NCBI GenBank assembly: GCA_963648925.1
Contig: CAVJFO010000015.1
Location: forward strand, 39,383-103,382
Reading direction: 5' to 3'
From: Hallerella sp.
GTDB taxonomy: Bacteria > Bacillota_I > Bacilli_A > RFN20 > CAG-826
DNA length: 64,000 bases
How positions within the stretch are numbered: position 1 is the first letter of the stretch; every line of letters begins with the position of its first letter. Position numbers and translations under genes: made by a program. This document shows positions 1 through 9,685 of this stretch, in pieces. Below the pieces are notes generated by a model. It was given only the letters and a program-made list of their open reading frames with translations, searched no databases and had not been told where the DNA came from.

Positions 1-2
1 GA

Positions 3-491
3 ACTTATTCTTCAATCGGAACAACAACAATCAACCACGATTGGGATTCGATAATCAACCCAAGCGAACCTACGACCTATCCAAGCACCCTTCTCGCTTC
101 TTTAAAAGAATGGGGAGTTGATGAGGTTATACCTTTCTTATATCCAACAAACGTTGGCTATACAGATGAAGTAGTTGTTCGCGCTAAAAATAAGCAAGAT
201 GAAAGTATTGCTAGATATGCAACATTTAGAACCAATGAATTTGAAACAGAGACTCAACGCGACGATTATATTGAGAAATATAAAGCGTTATTAGTCGAAA
301 AAGGTTGGACGTTAACTACTGAAACCGATGATAACCTTGATTATTGTTATTACACTGACCCAACTGGTAATTGGAAACTTTCTGTTGGCATATATAAAAA
401 CTATTATGGAGGAGCGGATCTTAAACGTGTTTGTTTCACCTTCAACAATAAGGACGGGAACATGAAAACTCCAGACTCATATAACGAGTAA
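3..491 (+). CDS. hypothetical protein, C-terminal part (5' end outside the window)
   Basis: The frame is open from the window edge for 163 codons to TAA at 489-491. A hairpin plus T-run follows. I recognised no family by eye. Confidence 0.5.
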   Translation, partial: TYSSIGTTTINHDWDSIINPSEPTTYPSTLLASLKEWGVDEVIPFLYPTNVGYTDEVVVRAKNKQDESIARYATFRTNEFETETQRDDYIEKYKALLVEKGWTLTTETDDNLDYCYYTDPTGNWKLSVGIYKNYYGGADLKRVCFTFNNKDGNMKTPDSYNE

Positions 492-509
492 AAAAATTAA
501 GTAAAATTT

Positions 510-536
510 AGGTCATCTTTAAGGTGACCTTTTTTA
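510..536 (+). terminator. intrinsic terminator
   Basis: AGGTCA (510-515) pairs with TGACCT (525-530), followed by TTTTTT. Confidence 0.6.
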
Positions 537-602
537 AATAACTTAAAAAAGTCAAATTAAGACCAAAAATGCATTTATGACGCTATATTGATAAAAAAAT
601 AC

Positions 603-630
603 TTGTAAGCAATGACTAATTTATTATAAT
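603..630 (+). promoter_or_regulatory. sigma-70-type promoter candidate
   Basis: TTGTAA (603-608), a 16-nt spacer, then TATAAT (625-630). It lies upstream of the AAAGGAGGAG RBS and ATG 658. Confidence 0.45.
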
Positions 631-657
631 TTCTACCCGTAAAGGAGGAGCAATCAT

Positions 658-1881
658 ATGATGCTTCTAAACGCATTTTTAGCAGCCGATGCAAATGTCG
701 GTGATAACCTTGTTAAAGCATTGTCATCCCAAAATCTCTGGGTTGCTATTGCCAAAACAGTTATCTTCATTCTTTTAGGCTTTTTCTTCACTAAGAAGAA
801 GCTATTGCCTGACTCAACGGGTAAAGTCTTGACAAAATTCGTCATGACTGTCTGTTTGCCATGCCTTGCTTTCTGCTCATTCATGAAAGACTTTACGGCA
901 ACAGAAGGAGTTGGCGCCATAGTTAACTTTGTTATGGGCTTTGTTTTCTATGTTGGTTTCATGTTCTTATCTAAACTCATTTTCTTCTGGGTTAAAGATA
1001 AGAAAAAGAGAACAGTCTTATCCGTTTTATTCGCCTTTGGATCCACAACATTCTTCGGCTATCCAATCGTCGCTTCTGTTTATGGAAGCACAGCTGGTAA
1101 CTACTTCAACATCATGAACGTTGCCTATCGTGTATTCCTCTATTCTTATGCTTATCTTGCTATTGCTGGCATTGAAGATGAAGTTTCCCCAGAAGATGCA
1201 ACTTCATCCGTTAGCCACGATACAAAAGCTGCCCCATCAGTTGATAAATCAGCCAAGACAATCCTTAAGAAAGTCTTCCTTAACCCAATCGTTATCGCAA
1301 CCTTCGCTGGTTTACTCCTTTGGGTCTTACAAGCCATCCCAGGTGTCAACTTTGTTCCAACCGATTGGTTAAGCGGTGGACAAGCAACAAAAACAGTTGC
1401 TATTTGGAGATTTGATGTTACCTTACCTTGGTTCTATCAAGCTGCCAACACTCTTGGTGGATTATCTTCCACAATCATCTTATTCGCTATCGGCTGCACA
1501 TTAGGTGGCACAAATATCAAAGATGCTGCAACCGACAAATATGCTTGGATTTGGACTGGACTTAAAGTCATTGTCGCTCCAGCAATCGTCTTAGCTATTC
1601 TTATTCTTCTCCAAGTTATTGCCAATGCAACTGGATGGCTTGTTCCAGAAGGCGGAAAGGTTTCACAACTTATCTCCGTTGAGACATTAGCCTCTTCTGT
1701 TATCACTTGGATGGTTCCACCTGCAACAGTCGCAGTTGGATACTGCATCAGCTTCGATAAAGAGAAAGAAATGGCTTCCCATATCTCTTTAATCGGTACC
1801 TTTGGATCCGTTATCGGCATCGTTATCTGGATCATCTTACTCACAGTCCTCTCTAATAGCGGAATCTTCTTTGTTGCATAA
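658..1881 (+). CDS. AEC (auxin efflux carrier) family permease, malate/organic-acid permease-like
   Basis: 407-aa polytopic membrane ORF with a strong RBS. It has two hydrophobic halves split by a hydrophilic loop, and an N-terminal pattern typical of Mem_trans/AEC permeases. Confidence 0.7.
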   Translation: MMLLNAFLAADANVGDNLVKALSSQNLWVAIAKTVIFILLGFFFTKKKLLPDSTGKVLTKFVMTVCLPCLAFCSFMKDFTATEGVGAIVNFVMGFVFYVGFMFLSKLIFFWVKDKKKRTVLSVLFAFGSTTFFGYPIVASVYGSTAGNYFNIMNVAYRVFLYSYAYLAIAGIEDEVSPEDATSSVSHDTKAAPSVDKSAKTILKKVFLNPIVIATFAGLLLWVLQAIPGVNFVPTDWLSGGQATKTVAIWRFDVTLPWFYQAANTLGGLSSTIILFAIGCTLGGTNIKDAATDKYAWIWTGLKVIVAPAIVLAILILLQVIANATGWLVPEGGKVSQLISVETLASSVITWMVPPATVAVGYCISFDKEKEMASHISLIGTFGSVIGIVIWIILLTVLSNSGIFFVA

Positions 1882-1948
1882 TTCTTATTTAATTCTTTGA
1901 ATTAATGTAAAATAGATTTGCAAACAAAAGTATTTGAAAGGAAAAATT

Positions 1949-2956
1949 ATGGAAAAGAAAATGATTTGCTTCGGATGCCGTGGCTACGAATTACCATATT
2001 TTGAACAATTAGGAAAACAATATGGTTACGAATTGGTCACACGTCCTGAATATCTCAATAACGATAACTATGAACTTGCTCTCGGATATGAAAATGTCAT
2101 GGTCCGTGGCAACTGTGTCGTTGACAAAGAACACCTCGCAAAATTAAAAGAGGCTGGTTTGAAATACTATTTAACCCGTACAGCTGGCTATAACCATGTT
2201 GACGTTGCAGCTTGCAAAGAACTTGGTATCGAAACTGCTTTTGTTCCTGGCTATTCTCCAAATGCTATTTCCGAATTAGCCTTAACATTAGCAATGATGT
2301 TACTCCGTAATGCCGCATATGCAACTTCTATTGCCCATGAAGGACATTTCAAAGTCACCGACCAAATGTTCTCTAAGGAAATCCGTGATTGCACAGTTGG
2401 TATCTTAGGATGCGGAAGAATTGGTAGAACAACTGCTTCCCTCTTCAAAGGTGTCGGCGCTAAAGTCATTGGATATGATGTCTTTGTTTCCCCAGCTTGC
2501 GAAGGCTTAATCGAAATGAAGAAAACAGCAGAAGAAGTTATGGCTGAATCTGACATTGTTATTTGCCATATGGCTTATATCAAAGGACAAAACGATAAGT
2601 TCATCTCTGCTGATATGATTTCCAAGATGAAGAAGAACGGAATCATCGTTAACGTTGCCCGTGGTGAAGTCATGGACAATATGGCCGCTCTCCTTGCCGT
2701 TAAAGAAGGAAAGATCGCTGGTTTAGGACTTGACGTCATCGATAATGAAAAAGTTCTCTTCAACAAAGATCATGATCCAAAAGCCATGCCAAACGAAGAA
2801 GATCAATTAATCGTTGATCTCTATCCAAGAGTTCTTATCACTCCACATATCGGTTCCGCAACCGAACACGCCTTAATCGACATGATTGAAATCACTCTCC
2901 AAAATATGGAAGAGTATCGCACAACTGGCAAGTGCAAAAACTCCCTTATCAAATAA
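1949..2956 (+). CDS. D-isomer-specific 2-hydroxyacid dehydrogenase (D-lactate dehydrogenase-like)
   Basis: Carries the NAD-binding motif GILGCGRIGR and the catalytic-domain layout of the D-2-hydroxyacid dehydrogenase family. I chose ATG 1949 (preceded by GAAAGGAAAA) over the track's TTG 1934. Confidence 0.85.
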   Translation: MEKKMICFGCRGYELPYFEQLGKQYGYELVTRPEYLNNDNYELALGYENVMVRGNCVVDKEHLAKLKEAGLKYYLTRTAGYNHVDVAACKELGIETAFVPGYSPNAISELALTLAMMLLRNAAYATSIAHEGHFKVTDQMFSKEIRDCTVGILGCGRIGRTTASLFKGVGAKVIGYDVFVSPACEGLIEMKKTAEEVMAESDIVICHMAYIKGQNDKFISADMISKMKKNGIIVNVARGEVMDNMAALLAVKEGKIAGLGLDVIDNEKVLFNKDHDPKAMPNEEDQLIVDLYPRVLITPHIGSATEHALIDMIEITLQNMEEYRTTGKCKNSLIK

Positions 2957-2971
2957 GGAAAAACTTAAATG

Positions 2972-3005
2972 AAAATGCAGAATCTAAAAGTTCTGCATTT
3001 TTTAT
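2972..3005. terminator. bidirectional intrinsic terminator between convergent genes
   Basis: AATGCAGAA (2974-2982) pairs with TTCTGCATT (2991-2999). A T-run follows on the + strand and a short A-run precedes it. Confidence 0.7.
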
Positions 3006-3046
3006 TTTATGGGGGTTTTATAGGGGATTTTTCAATATTTCATTTG
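3006..3046 (-). repeat. copy A of the C-rich element (sense strand AAAAATCCCCTATAAAACCCCC)
   Basis: The + strand reads GGGGGTTTTATAGGGGATTTTTCAATATTTCATTTG. It aligns with the copies at 13045-13085, 19981-20030, 20765-20800 and 42046-42085. Confidence 0.75.
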
Positions 3047-3733
3047 TAATTGAAAGGCTTCATTAACAAAATAATAGGTATTTTCACGTACTCCAAATTT
3101 CAATGGAAGAGATGAACCTAGAGGAACTTCATGAATATATTTGATGTCAAAGGACTTTAAATGATTGTTTTTTAAAAACTCAATTGGCATTAGATTTTCT
3201 GCTATATCAAGATATGAAGTATTGTTGATATGTCCGTTGAAATCGCAAAATGAATACTCCGCTTTCATTTCTTTTTCTTCTTCCAAATCAAAAGGAATAG
3301 GTCCGGTAAAAGCCATATCAAATTTTCTTCCGTTTGATAAATCGGGGATTTCAATATCATAATCAATCGGATTAACCATTTTACGTTTATTGATATCTAT
3401 TAATGACCAAATTGAGGTTGCTTTGATTATTAATTCGCCTTTTTCATCTTTAAATTCATAAGTTCTAGGGAAAAGGACGTGCATTGTTTTATGCGTATAT
3501 GTGGAGACGGTTATTGTTTCTCCGTATGTTGGCATGCGCATTATTTCAACATGTTGCTTTGCTACAACCCATATGACGCCTTTTTGATCTGTGACGTTTT
3601 TTGGATAGCCAAAAGATTCAGTTTGCTCTATTGCTAACTCTTGCAAAATCTTCAATATCGCAGACGGTCTAATCTCCTTAAAAGGTGAAACTTGTTCAGG
3701 AATAATTTTTAATGTTTTTGAATAATCGCTCAT
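3032..3733 (-). CDS. acyl-ACP thioesterase
   Basis: 233-aa ORF whose N-terminal and central regions match the double-hotdog acyl-ACP thioesterase (FatA/B-like, PF01643) pattern. Confidence 0.75.
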   Translation of the reverse strand: MSDYSKTLKIIPEQVSPFKEIRPSAILKILQELAIEQTESFGYPKNVTDQKGVIWVVAKQHVEIMRMPTYGETITVSTYTHKTMHVLFPRTYEFKDEKGELIIKATSIWSLIDINKRKMVNPIDYDIEIPDLSNGRKFDMAFTGPIPFDLEEEKEMKAEYSFCDFNGHINNTSYLDIAENLMPIEFLKNNHLKSFDIKYIHEVPLGSSLPLKFGVRENTYYFVNEAFQLQMKY

Positions 3734-3849
3734 GGTTTTATATTCTACAACTTCAAATTGGAAAGTAGAGAAAAATATTAATTATTTTTGTTTAATTTAG
3801 TTTCGATAAATTATATATTTTGCATGTTAGTTTTTTAGGAGGGAAAAAC

Positions 3850-6633
3850 ATGTTGAGATTAGATAAAATTACTAAAGTTTACAAGACAAAAGACATGGAG
3901 GTTAAAGCCTTAAAAGGGATTAGCCTTTCTTTCCGAAGAAATGAGTTTGTTTCTATCTTAGGCCCATCAGGATGCGGTAAAACCACAACACTGAATATCA
4001 TTGGTGGACTTGACCATTATACAAGCGGTGATTTGATAATTGATGGCAAATCAACTAAGGAATTTAAAGACCATGATTGGGATGTATACCGTAATCACAA
4101 GATCGGCTTTGTTTTCCAGTCATATAATTTAATTCCACACGAAAACATTCTTGAAAACGTTGAACTTGCTTTAACGATTAGCGGCGTTAACAAAGAAGAA
4201 AGAGTTAAACTTGCTAAAGAAGCACTTGATCGAGTTGGCCTAAAGGGCATGTATACAAAAAAACCTGGCGAATTATCCGGAGGTCAATGTCAAAGAGTTG
4301 CAATTGCTAGAGCCTTAGTCAATAAGCCAGATATTTTATTAGCAGATGAGCCAACAGGTGCTCTTGATTCGGTTACTTCCGTTCAAATCATGGATTTAAT
4401 TAAAGAAATCTCAAGAGAAAAACTTGTTATCATGGTTACTCATAACCCTGAATTGGCTGATAAATATTCAACAAGAATCATCAATCTTTTAGATGGCGAA
4501 GTTGTTGGAGACACAAATCCTTATTCCTTCGAAGAAGAGGAAAAAGAAGGGGTGCGTGTATCAGTTAATGAAGAAAAAGAGAAAGCGAAGATGTCTTGGT
4601 GGACCGCTTTTAAACTCTCTGCGAAGAACCTTCTTTCTAAATCAAAAAGAACATCTTTAATTGCGATTGCATCTTCAATTGGCATCGTTGGCGTTTCTGC
4701 TGTTTTAGCTGTTTCACAAGGTGTCACAGGGTACATTAGCGATATGCAAGACGATATGCTTTCGGAATATCCTGTAACTATCGCTGAATCTTCCTGGGAT
4801 TTAACTTCTTTACTTTCTTCAACTACAACCGGTCAACAAGCGGATGCCGTTGTCCATTCTTGGAAAGATGGAAAAATCGATGTTCAATTTGTCACACAAA
4901 CATTGATTAATAGCTCATCTTCGATGAATGCCGCATCATCTAAGAATATTATTACTGAAGATTATGTCCAGTTCATAAAAGACATGCCAACAAAATATTA
5001 CTCCGCGTTAGGCCTTGATTATGGAATAAACATCAAAAACAACTTATACACTCATTCAGACATTCATTTAAACGGATATACCGATGAACAATTAGCAACA
5101 AACCGTTATTCAATAAGCGGAATTACTGGCATTTGTTCAACGATTCTTGAAAACATTAATGACAAAGAATATAAAGCGTTTGCTTCAATGGTTGATGAAT
5201 ACACTGATGCCGTAAATCAAGCTTTGCCTAATGAAGATTACGTGCTTAGCCAATACGACGTTGTCGCAGGCAAATACGCGACTGGCGAGGATGAAATGGT
5301 TTTAGTTCTGAATCACAAGAATGCCATGACTGAATTCGTTCTTACTTTACTTGGATTTTACGGGCAAGATGAATTTGCCAATGCCATTTACTATTACTCA
5401 GATCAAAAAGACAAGATGGATATGGATTTATGGGAAAAACAGCAATCATTCAATGTTAATGATATGTTGAATAAGGAATATTACTATTATCCTAACGATT
5501 CTATCTATACATACAATGATCTTTACGATCCAACGTCAACTTCTGATGTTTTAAAGATGCAGGCATATGATTATTCTTTTTGTGATAAGGGAGATCTTAG
5601 TGGTGGAACAAAGATGAAAATCGTTGGCATTCTTGCTCCAAAAGAAGACATTTCTTACGGCTGCATGAGTTCGGGGTTATATTACACGGAGGCATTTGTT
5701 CGAAAATATCTCAAAGACAACATGGATTCATCTGTTACTAAATTCGTTAAATCATATGTTGAAAACAATAAAGACGCATCTGGTTTTACTTCAGCCGTTA
5801 TCAATTATTCCAATCATAATTTCATTTCTGGTATTGGATTTACCTATAATGTCAATTTCCCTGATGGAATTGGTTCAAGCGAATATGAAACATATAAAGG
5901 TGCGGCATTAATTGGCTCATCTAATTCTTTAGCTGGAATATTTAATATGATTAGCGGAGGTTCTTCTTCAGGAAGCTCTGCAAGTCTTAACAAGACTGCG
6001 ACTGTTAGCGCTCGTGATTTAGGCGGAAATGATATTCCTGGAACAATTAAAATTTATCCTCATTCATTTAAAGACAAAAACCTTGTTACAGATTATCTTG
6101 ATAGATGGCAATCCGATGATAGCATTACTCTTTCTAATGGGAAAACCCTTGCTAAAGCGGACAGAGAACAAATCAAATATACTGACAACATGGCCGTCAT
6201 TATTTCAATAATTAATGGTGTTATCAATATCGTAACAATCGCTTTGGTTTGCTTTATGTCTCTCTCGCTTGTCGTTTCGACTGTCATGATTGGAATTATT
6301 ACTTATGTCTCCGTTATGGAACGCGTTAAAGAAATTGGCGTTATCCGTTCACTTGGCGGAAGAAAGAAAGACGTATCGCACTTATTTAACGCGGAAACGT
6401 TGATCATTGGTGCGGCTTCAGGGTTATTTGGCTTAGCCGTTACTTATATAATCGAAATTATTCTTAATTTAACGCTTGGTGTCGCATTTAATCTTGGAAT
6501 GATTGCTAACCTTAATTGGTATTCTGCTTTAATCATTTTAGGGGTTAGCATTGCTTTGACAATGATTGCGGGCATCATTCCTGCAAAGGCAGCAGCAAGA
6601 CAAGATCCAGTTGTTGCTTTGCGTAGCGAATAA
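3850..6633 (+). CDS. fused ABC transporter ATP-binding/FtsX-type permease (MacB-like) with a large extracytoplasmic domain
   Basis: Walker A GPSGCGKTT, signature LSGGQCQRV and Walker [12 protein letters not shown]. One TM near residue 280 is followed by a ~500-aa hydrophilic domain and a C-terminal 3-TM FtsX module. ATG 3850 follows AGGAGGG. Confidence 0.85.
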   Translation: MLRLDKITKVYKTKDMEVKALKGISLSFRRNEFVSILGPSGCGKTTTLNIIGGLDHYTSGDLIIDGKSTKEFKDHDWDVYRNHKIGFVFQSYNLIPHENILENVELALTISGVNKEERVKLAKEALDRVGLKGMYTKKPGELSGGQCQRVAIARALVNKPDILLADEPTGALDSVTSVQIMDLIKEISREKLVIMVTHNPELADKYSTRIINLLDGEVVGDTNPYSFEEEEKEGVRVSVNEEKEKAKMSWWTAFKLSAKNLLSKSKRTSLIAIASSIGIVGVSAVLAVSQGVTGYISDMQDDMLSEYPVTIAESSWDLTSLLSSTTTGQQADAVVHSWKDGKIDVQFVTQTLINSSSSMNAASSKNIITEDYVQFIKDMPTKYYSALGLDYGINIKNNLYTHSDIHLNGYTDEQLATNRYSISGITGICSTILENINDKEYKAFASMVDEYTDAVNQALPNEDYVLSQYDVVAGKYATGEDEMVLVLNHKNAMTEFVLTLLGFYGQDEFANAIYYYSDQKDKMDMDLWEKQQSFNVNDMLNKEYYYYPNDSIYTYNDLYDPTSTSDVLKMQAYDYSFCDKGDLSGGTKMKIVGILAPKEDISYGCMSSGLYYTEAFVRKYLKDNMDSSVTKFVKSYVENNKDASGFTSAVINYSNHNFISGIGFTYNVNFPDGIGSSEYETYKGAALIGSSNSLAGIFNMISGGSSSGSSASLNKTATVSARDLGGNDIPGTIKIYPHSFKDKNLVTDYLDRWQSDDSITLSNGKTLAKADREQIKYTDNMAVIISIINGVINIVTIALVCFMSLSLVVSTVMIGIITYVSVMERVKEIGVIRSLGGRKKDVSHLFNAETLIIGAASGLFGLAVTYIIEIILNLTLGVAFNLGMIANLNWYSALIILGVSIALTMIAGIIPAKAAARQDPVVALRSE
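4542..4560 (+). repeat. copy 1 of the 19-nt motif AAAAKARGGSRTGCGTGTA
   Basis: Reads AAAAGAAGGGGTGCGTGTA. It is identical to 35671-35689, and the match extends to a 20-mer. It lies inside the ABC CDS and encodes KEGVRV. Confidence 0.7.
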
Positions 6634-6652
6634 ACCTTTGTTTTCTCTCATT

Positions 6653-6681
6653 AGCTCTTATCATTTGATAAGGGCTTTTTA
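6653..6681 (+). terminator. intrinsic terminator of the ABC gene
   Basis: AGCTCTTATCA pairs with TGATAAGGGCT, followed by TTTTT. Confidence 0.6.
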
Positions 6682-6685
6682 ATAT

Positions 6686-6722
6686 TAAAAAACTCCATGT
6701 TAGAAATTTACCAACATGGAGT
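6686..6722 (-). terminator. intrinsic terminator of lacZ
   Basis: ACTCCATGTT (6692-6701) pairs with AACATGGAGT (6713-6722). The T-run on the minus strand corresponds to the + strand A-run at 6686-6691. Confidence 0.7.
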
Positions 6723-6733
6723 TTGTACAAGAT

Positions 6734-9637
6734 TTATTTAATTCCTAATCTAAACTTAAGTGAGTATTCTTTTTCTCCGCTTAATTCGTATTGAGGATGA
6801 ACGTTTGCTCCCCACGAATCATCTCCGCCAATGCCGCGCATGGCAGCGTAAATCGTTAGATGGTTCTTTCTTGAAGAAGGCAATTCATCAATATGATTAG
6901 CATTATCAATTTCAAATTCATCATTAGGAAGGTATTTGAAGGAGAAAGGCTTATCGATTGCTTCAACAACTAATTCATGTCCATTTTCAAGCGGGAAGAC
7001 AACATATCTAGTTTCTTCGTGATTGCCACACTCTTGAGGGATTGAATAAGGTAATAACTCATCGTTTACGTTGGATTTATATATTGCAATATTTTCTCCG
7101 GCAAGTCGATCGGAATATGAATCTAGGGGACCCATACCATAGAATTTGAAGTTTTTAATATCTTTCTTTAATGGTAAATCAATGCCAAAACACGGCAATG
7201 ATGGCGTTCCTGAAACGCCATAGTAATGAAGTTCAATATCGATATATCTTCCTTGATTAAAGATATATGAGACGGTTGCTTTTGCACCTTTATCACCGAC
7301 GAGATAGGTAAATTCAATTCTATTTGAATCTGATTGAACGTTTATTGGACCATTCCATCTAGATACACCTAAATAAAGAGACGATTTCATCGCGAATAAA
7401 TTTCCACGATCGTTATCAGATATCGGTCGATAGAATGTTAATCTGGCTTGAGAAGCTAAGATTTCTTTTCTATTTACTTCAATTCCAACTAACCCCGTTC
7501 CTAAACCAGATTTAGAGAATATGAATGCAACCTCTTCATCGCGCATGCCAACATAACGATGAGAATCGATATATTGCATTGGTGATTCGTTTGCTTTGGC
7601 GCGATAATTAAATGCCTTAGGCTCATCAAACAAGACCTGCGATTTATTAATCTTGTTAATTACTCTAATCTTTCTTAGATGTTCTTCCTCGTATGTTGTA
7701 GATGGTAGAGATAAACTCTCTTCACCATTCCAAATGAGTTTCTGCTTATTTGCTAAGACTCCATTAATGTAATCTTCTAAATAAAGAGTAAAGTCTTTTG
7801 AGACGTAAAATGGATCTAATGAAAGATAGGCCAAACCATCTTTGAAAGTGATTTGAAGAGGGGAATACATATAGTTAACCGTGCGTAATTTTGATACACG
7901 CATGCCCTCTTTTCTTTCGGAATAGATAATTCCGTTACAGTTGAAGTTCAAATCATTTGGCACGTCGTTTGCATCTCCGCCATAAAACAATTTTCCATCA
8001 ACATACAATCCTTGATCGATCCAATCCCATATGAATCCACCTAAAGAGTTCGGGTATTTCCTAAAGACTCGCATGTATTCATCAAAATTGCCGCATGAAT
8101 TTCCCATTGCGTGTTCATATTCACATTCAATGACGGGCTTAGATGGATTTTCTATTAGGTATTGCTCTAATTTATCTGCAGGGAGATACATATAAGAACG
8201 CATATCAACATACGGTGTTAATTCGGGATTAAACCACTCTGGCTCATAATGTACAAGACGTTTTTTGTCTTTTGAATGAAGATAGTCTGACATCTTAGCT
8301 AGGTTCATTCCTCCGCCAGATTCATTTCCTAAGCTCCAAGAAAATATGCAAACGTTATTTTTATCTCTTTCATACATTGATGAAGCTCTATCTAAAGCTA
8401 TTTTTTCCCATTTTTGGTTAGAGCCAGGCAGATATTTGCTAACGTCTTTGTAGTTTCCTTCGATTACTCTTGAATGTGCTTCGATACAGCATTCATCCAT
8501 AATAAAGAAACCATATCTATTCGCATATTCATAAAGCTTTTTATCGTTTGGATAATGGCAACATCTAATTGCATTAACGTTGTTTTCCTTCATTAGTTTG
8601 AAATCGAATAGAAGATCATCTAAAGATGTTGTTCTTCCATTATAGCGATCAATTTCATGACAATTTACCCCTTTGATCAGTAAAGGTGTTCCATTCCAAT
8701 AAACACATCCATTGATAATCTCTTGATGTGAGAAACCAATTTCTAAAGAAGAGGTTTCTTCATTGCCTTTTTCATTGACAAGAGTAATTGTTAGCCAATA
8801 AAGGTTTGGCTCTTTTGCAGACCATGGCAGAATTCCTTTTATTGTTTTTTCTAATTCAAAGTGATTTTCGGTAAATGCAATTTCTTCATTTAAAAGAGTT
8901 TTCTCACCCTTACAAAGAGAAATATGTGCGATGCCTGGGTTATTTGTTCTTCCTTTAATATTCAATATTCCGTCTTTGAGTGAATTTATCAAATCTGTTT
9001 TAACATCGATATCTTCAAGATGAATTTCATTAATTCCAATAATTGAAATATCTCTAAATAGTCCAGAAAATCTCCAAAAATCTTGATCTAACATCCATGA
9101 AGAAGAGCTCCATCTGAAATTGTAGATAACAATTTCATTCTCTTCTTCGAGATAAGGAGTTATATCAAATTCTGAGTCAACATATAATCTTGTTGAATAT
9201 CCAACAAAATGTCCATTCAAGTAAACGTATATCGCGGATTCAAATCCTTCGAATCTGAGTATATGCCTCTTTCCTTTTGGAAGTTGTTTCAAGGAAAAGA
9301 TTTTACGATAAACATTAACTGGATCACGTAATAAATTAACCTCTCCAGGCTCTAAATCTTCCTTTCCCTCCCATGCATATTCGGAATTTGAATAAATTAG
9401 TTCCTCGGGGACTTCCATTTCCGCAGAACGAGGAAGCTCGCATTTTTTAAATGCTAACGTTTGATAATCCAATAATTCATCAATCCAGCCTGAAGAACGG
9501 TAAAAATCCCATTTTCCATTTAAAGAGAGAACGGGCTCTTTTCCATTAACATAAAAATGATGCGAAGAATGTTCGTCTAATAAGTTCACTCCAATTGTTT
9601 CGGGATTGCTTAAGTAGGACAAGTCGATTTTATCCAT
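6734..9637 (-). CDS. lacZ: beta-galactosidase, glycoside hydrolase family 2
   Basis: Has the GH2 acid/base region WSLGNESG and the nucleophile region ECEYEHAMGNS, with LacZ-like length. I chose ATG 9637 (GAGGT RBS) because the longer track ORF runs through a terminator hairpin. Confidence 0.88.
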   Translation of the reverse strand: MDKIDLSYLSNPETIGVNLLDEHSSHHFYVNGKEPVLSLNGKWDFYRSSGWIDELLDYQTLAFKKCELPRSAEMEVPEELIYSNSEYAWEGKEDLEPGEVNLLRDPVNVYRKIFSLKQLPKGKRHILRFEGFESAIYVYLNGHFVGYSTRLYVDSEFDITPYLEEENEIVIYNFRWSSSSWMLDQDFWRFSGLFRDISIIGINEIHLEDIDVKTDLINSLKDGILNIKGRTNNPGIAHISLCKGEKTLLNEEIAFTENHFELEKTIKGILPWSAKEPNLYWLTITLVNEKGNEETSSLEIGFSHQEIINGCVYWNGTPLLIKGVNCHEIDRYNGRTTSLDDLLFDFKLMKENNVNAIRCCHYPNDKKLYEYANRYGFFIMDECCIEAHSRVIEGNYKDVSKYLPGSNQKWEKIALDRASSMYERDKNNVCIFSWSLGNESGGGMNLAKMSDYLHSKDKKRLVHYEPEWFNPELTPYVDMRSYMYLPADKLEQYLIENPSKPVIECEYEHAMGNSCGNFDEYMRVFRKYPNSLGGFIWDWIDQGLYVDGKLFYGGDANDVPNDLNFNCNGIIYSERKEGMRVSKLRTVNYMYSPLQITFKDGLAYLSLDPFYVSKDFTLYLEDYINGVLANKQKLIWNGEESLSLPSTTYEEEHLRKIRVINKINKSQVLFDEPKAFNYRAKANESPMQYIDSHRYVGMRDEEVAFIFSKSGLGTGLVGIEVNRKEILASQARLTFYRPISDNDRGNLFAMKSSLYLGVSRWNGPINVQSDSNRIEFTYLVGDKGAKATVSYIFNQGRYIDIELHYYGVSGTPSLPCFGIDLPLKKDIKNFKFYGMGPLDSYSDRLAGENIAIYKSNVNDELLPYSIPQECGNHEETRYVVFPLENGHELVVEAIDKPFSFKYLPNDEFEIDNANHIDELPSSRKNHLTIYAAMRGIGGDDSWGANVHPQYELSGEKEYSLKFRLGIK
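7895..7913 (-). repeat. copy 5 of the 19-nt motif
   Basis: The minus strand reads AAAAGAGGGCATGCGTGTA, matching copies 1-4 at 16 of 19 positions. It is in sense orientation within lacZ and encodes KEGMRV. Confidence 0.6.
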
Positions 9638-9685
9638 ATGTGTTACCTCGTAGAAAATTGTCTTCCTTTTTGTTTGATAAAGCAA

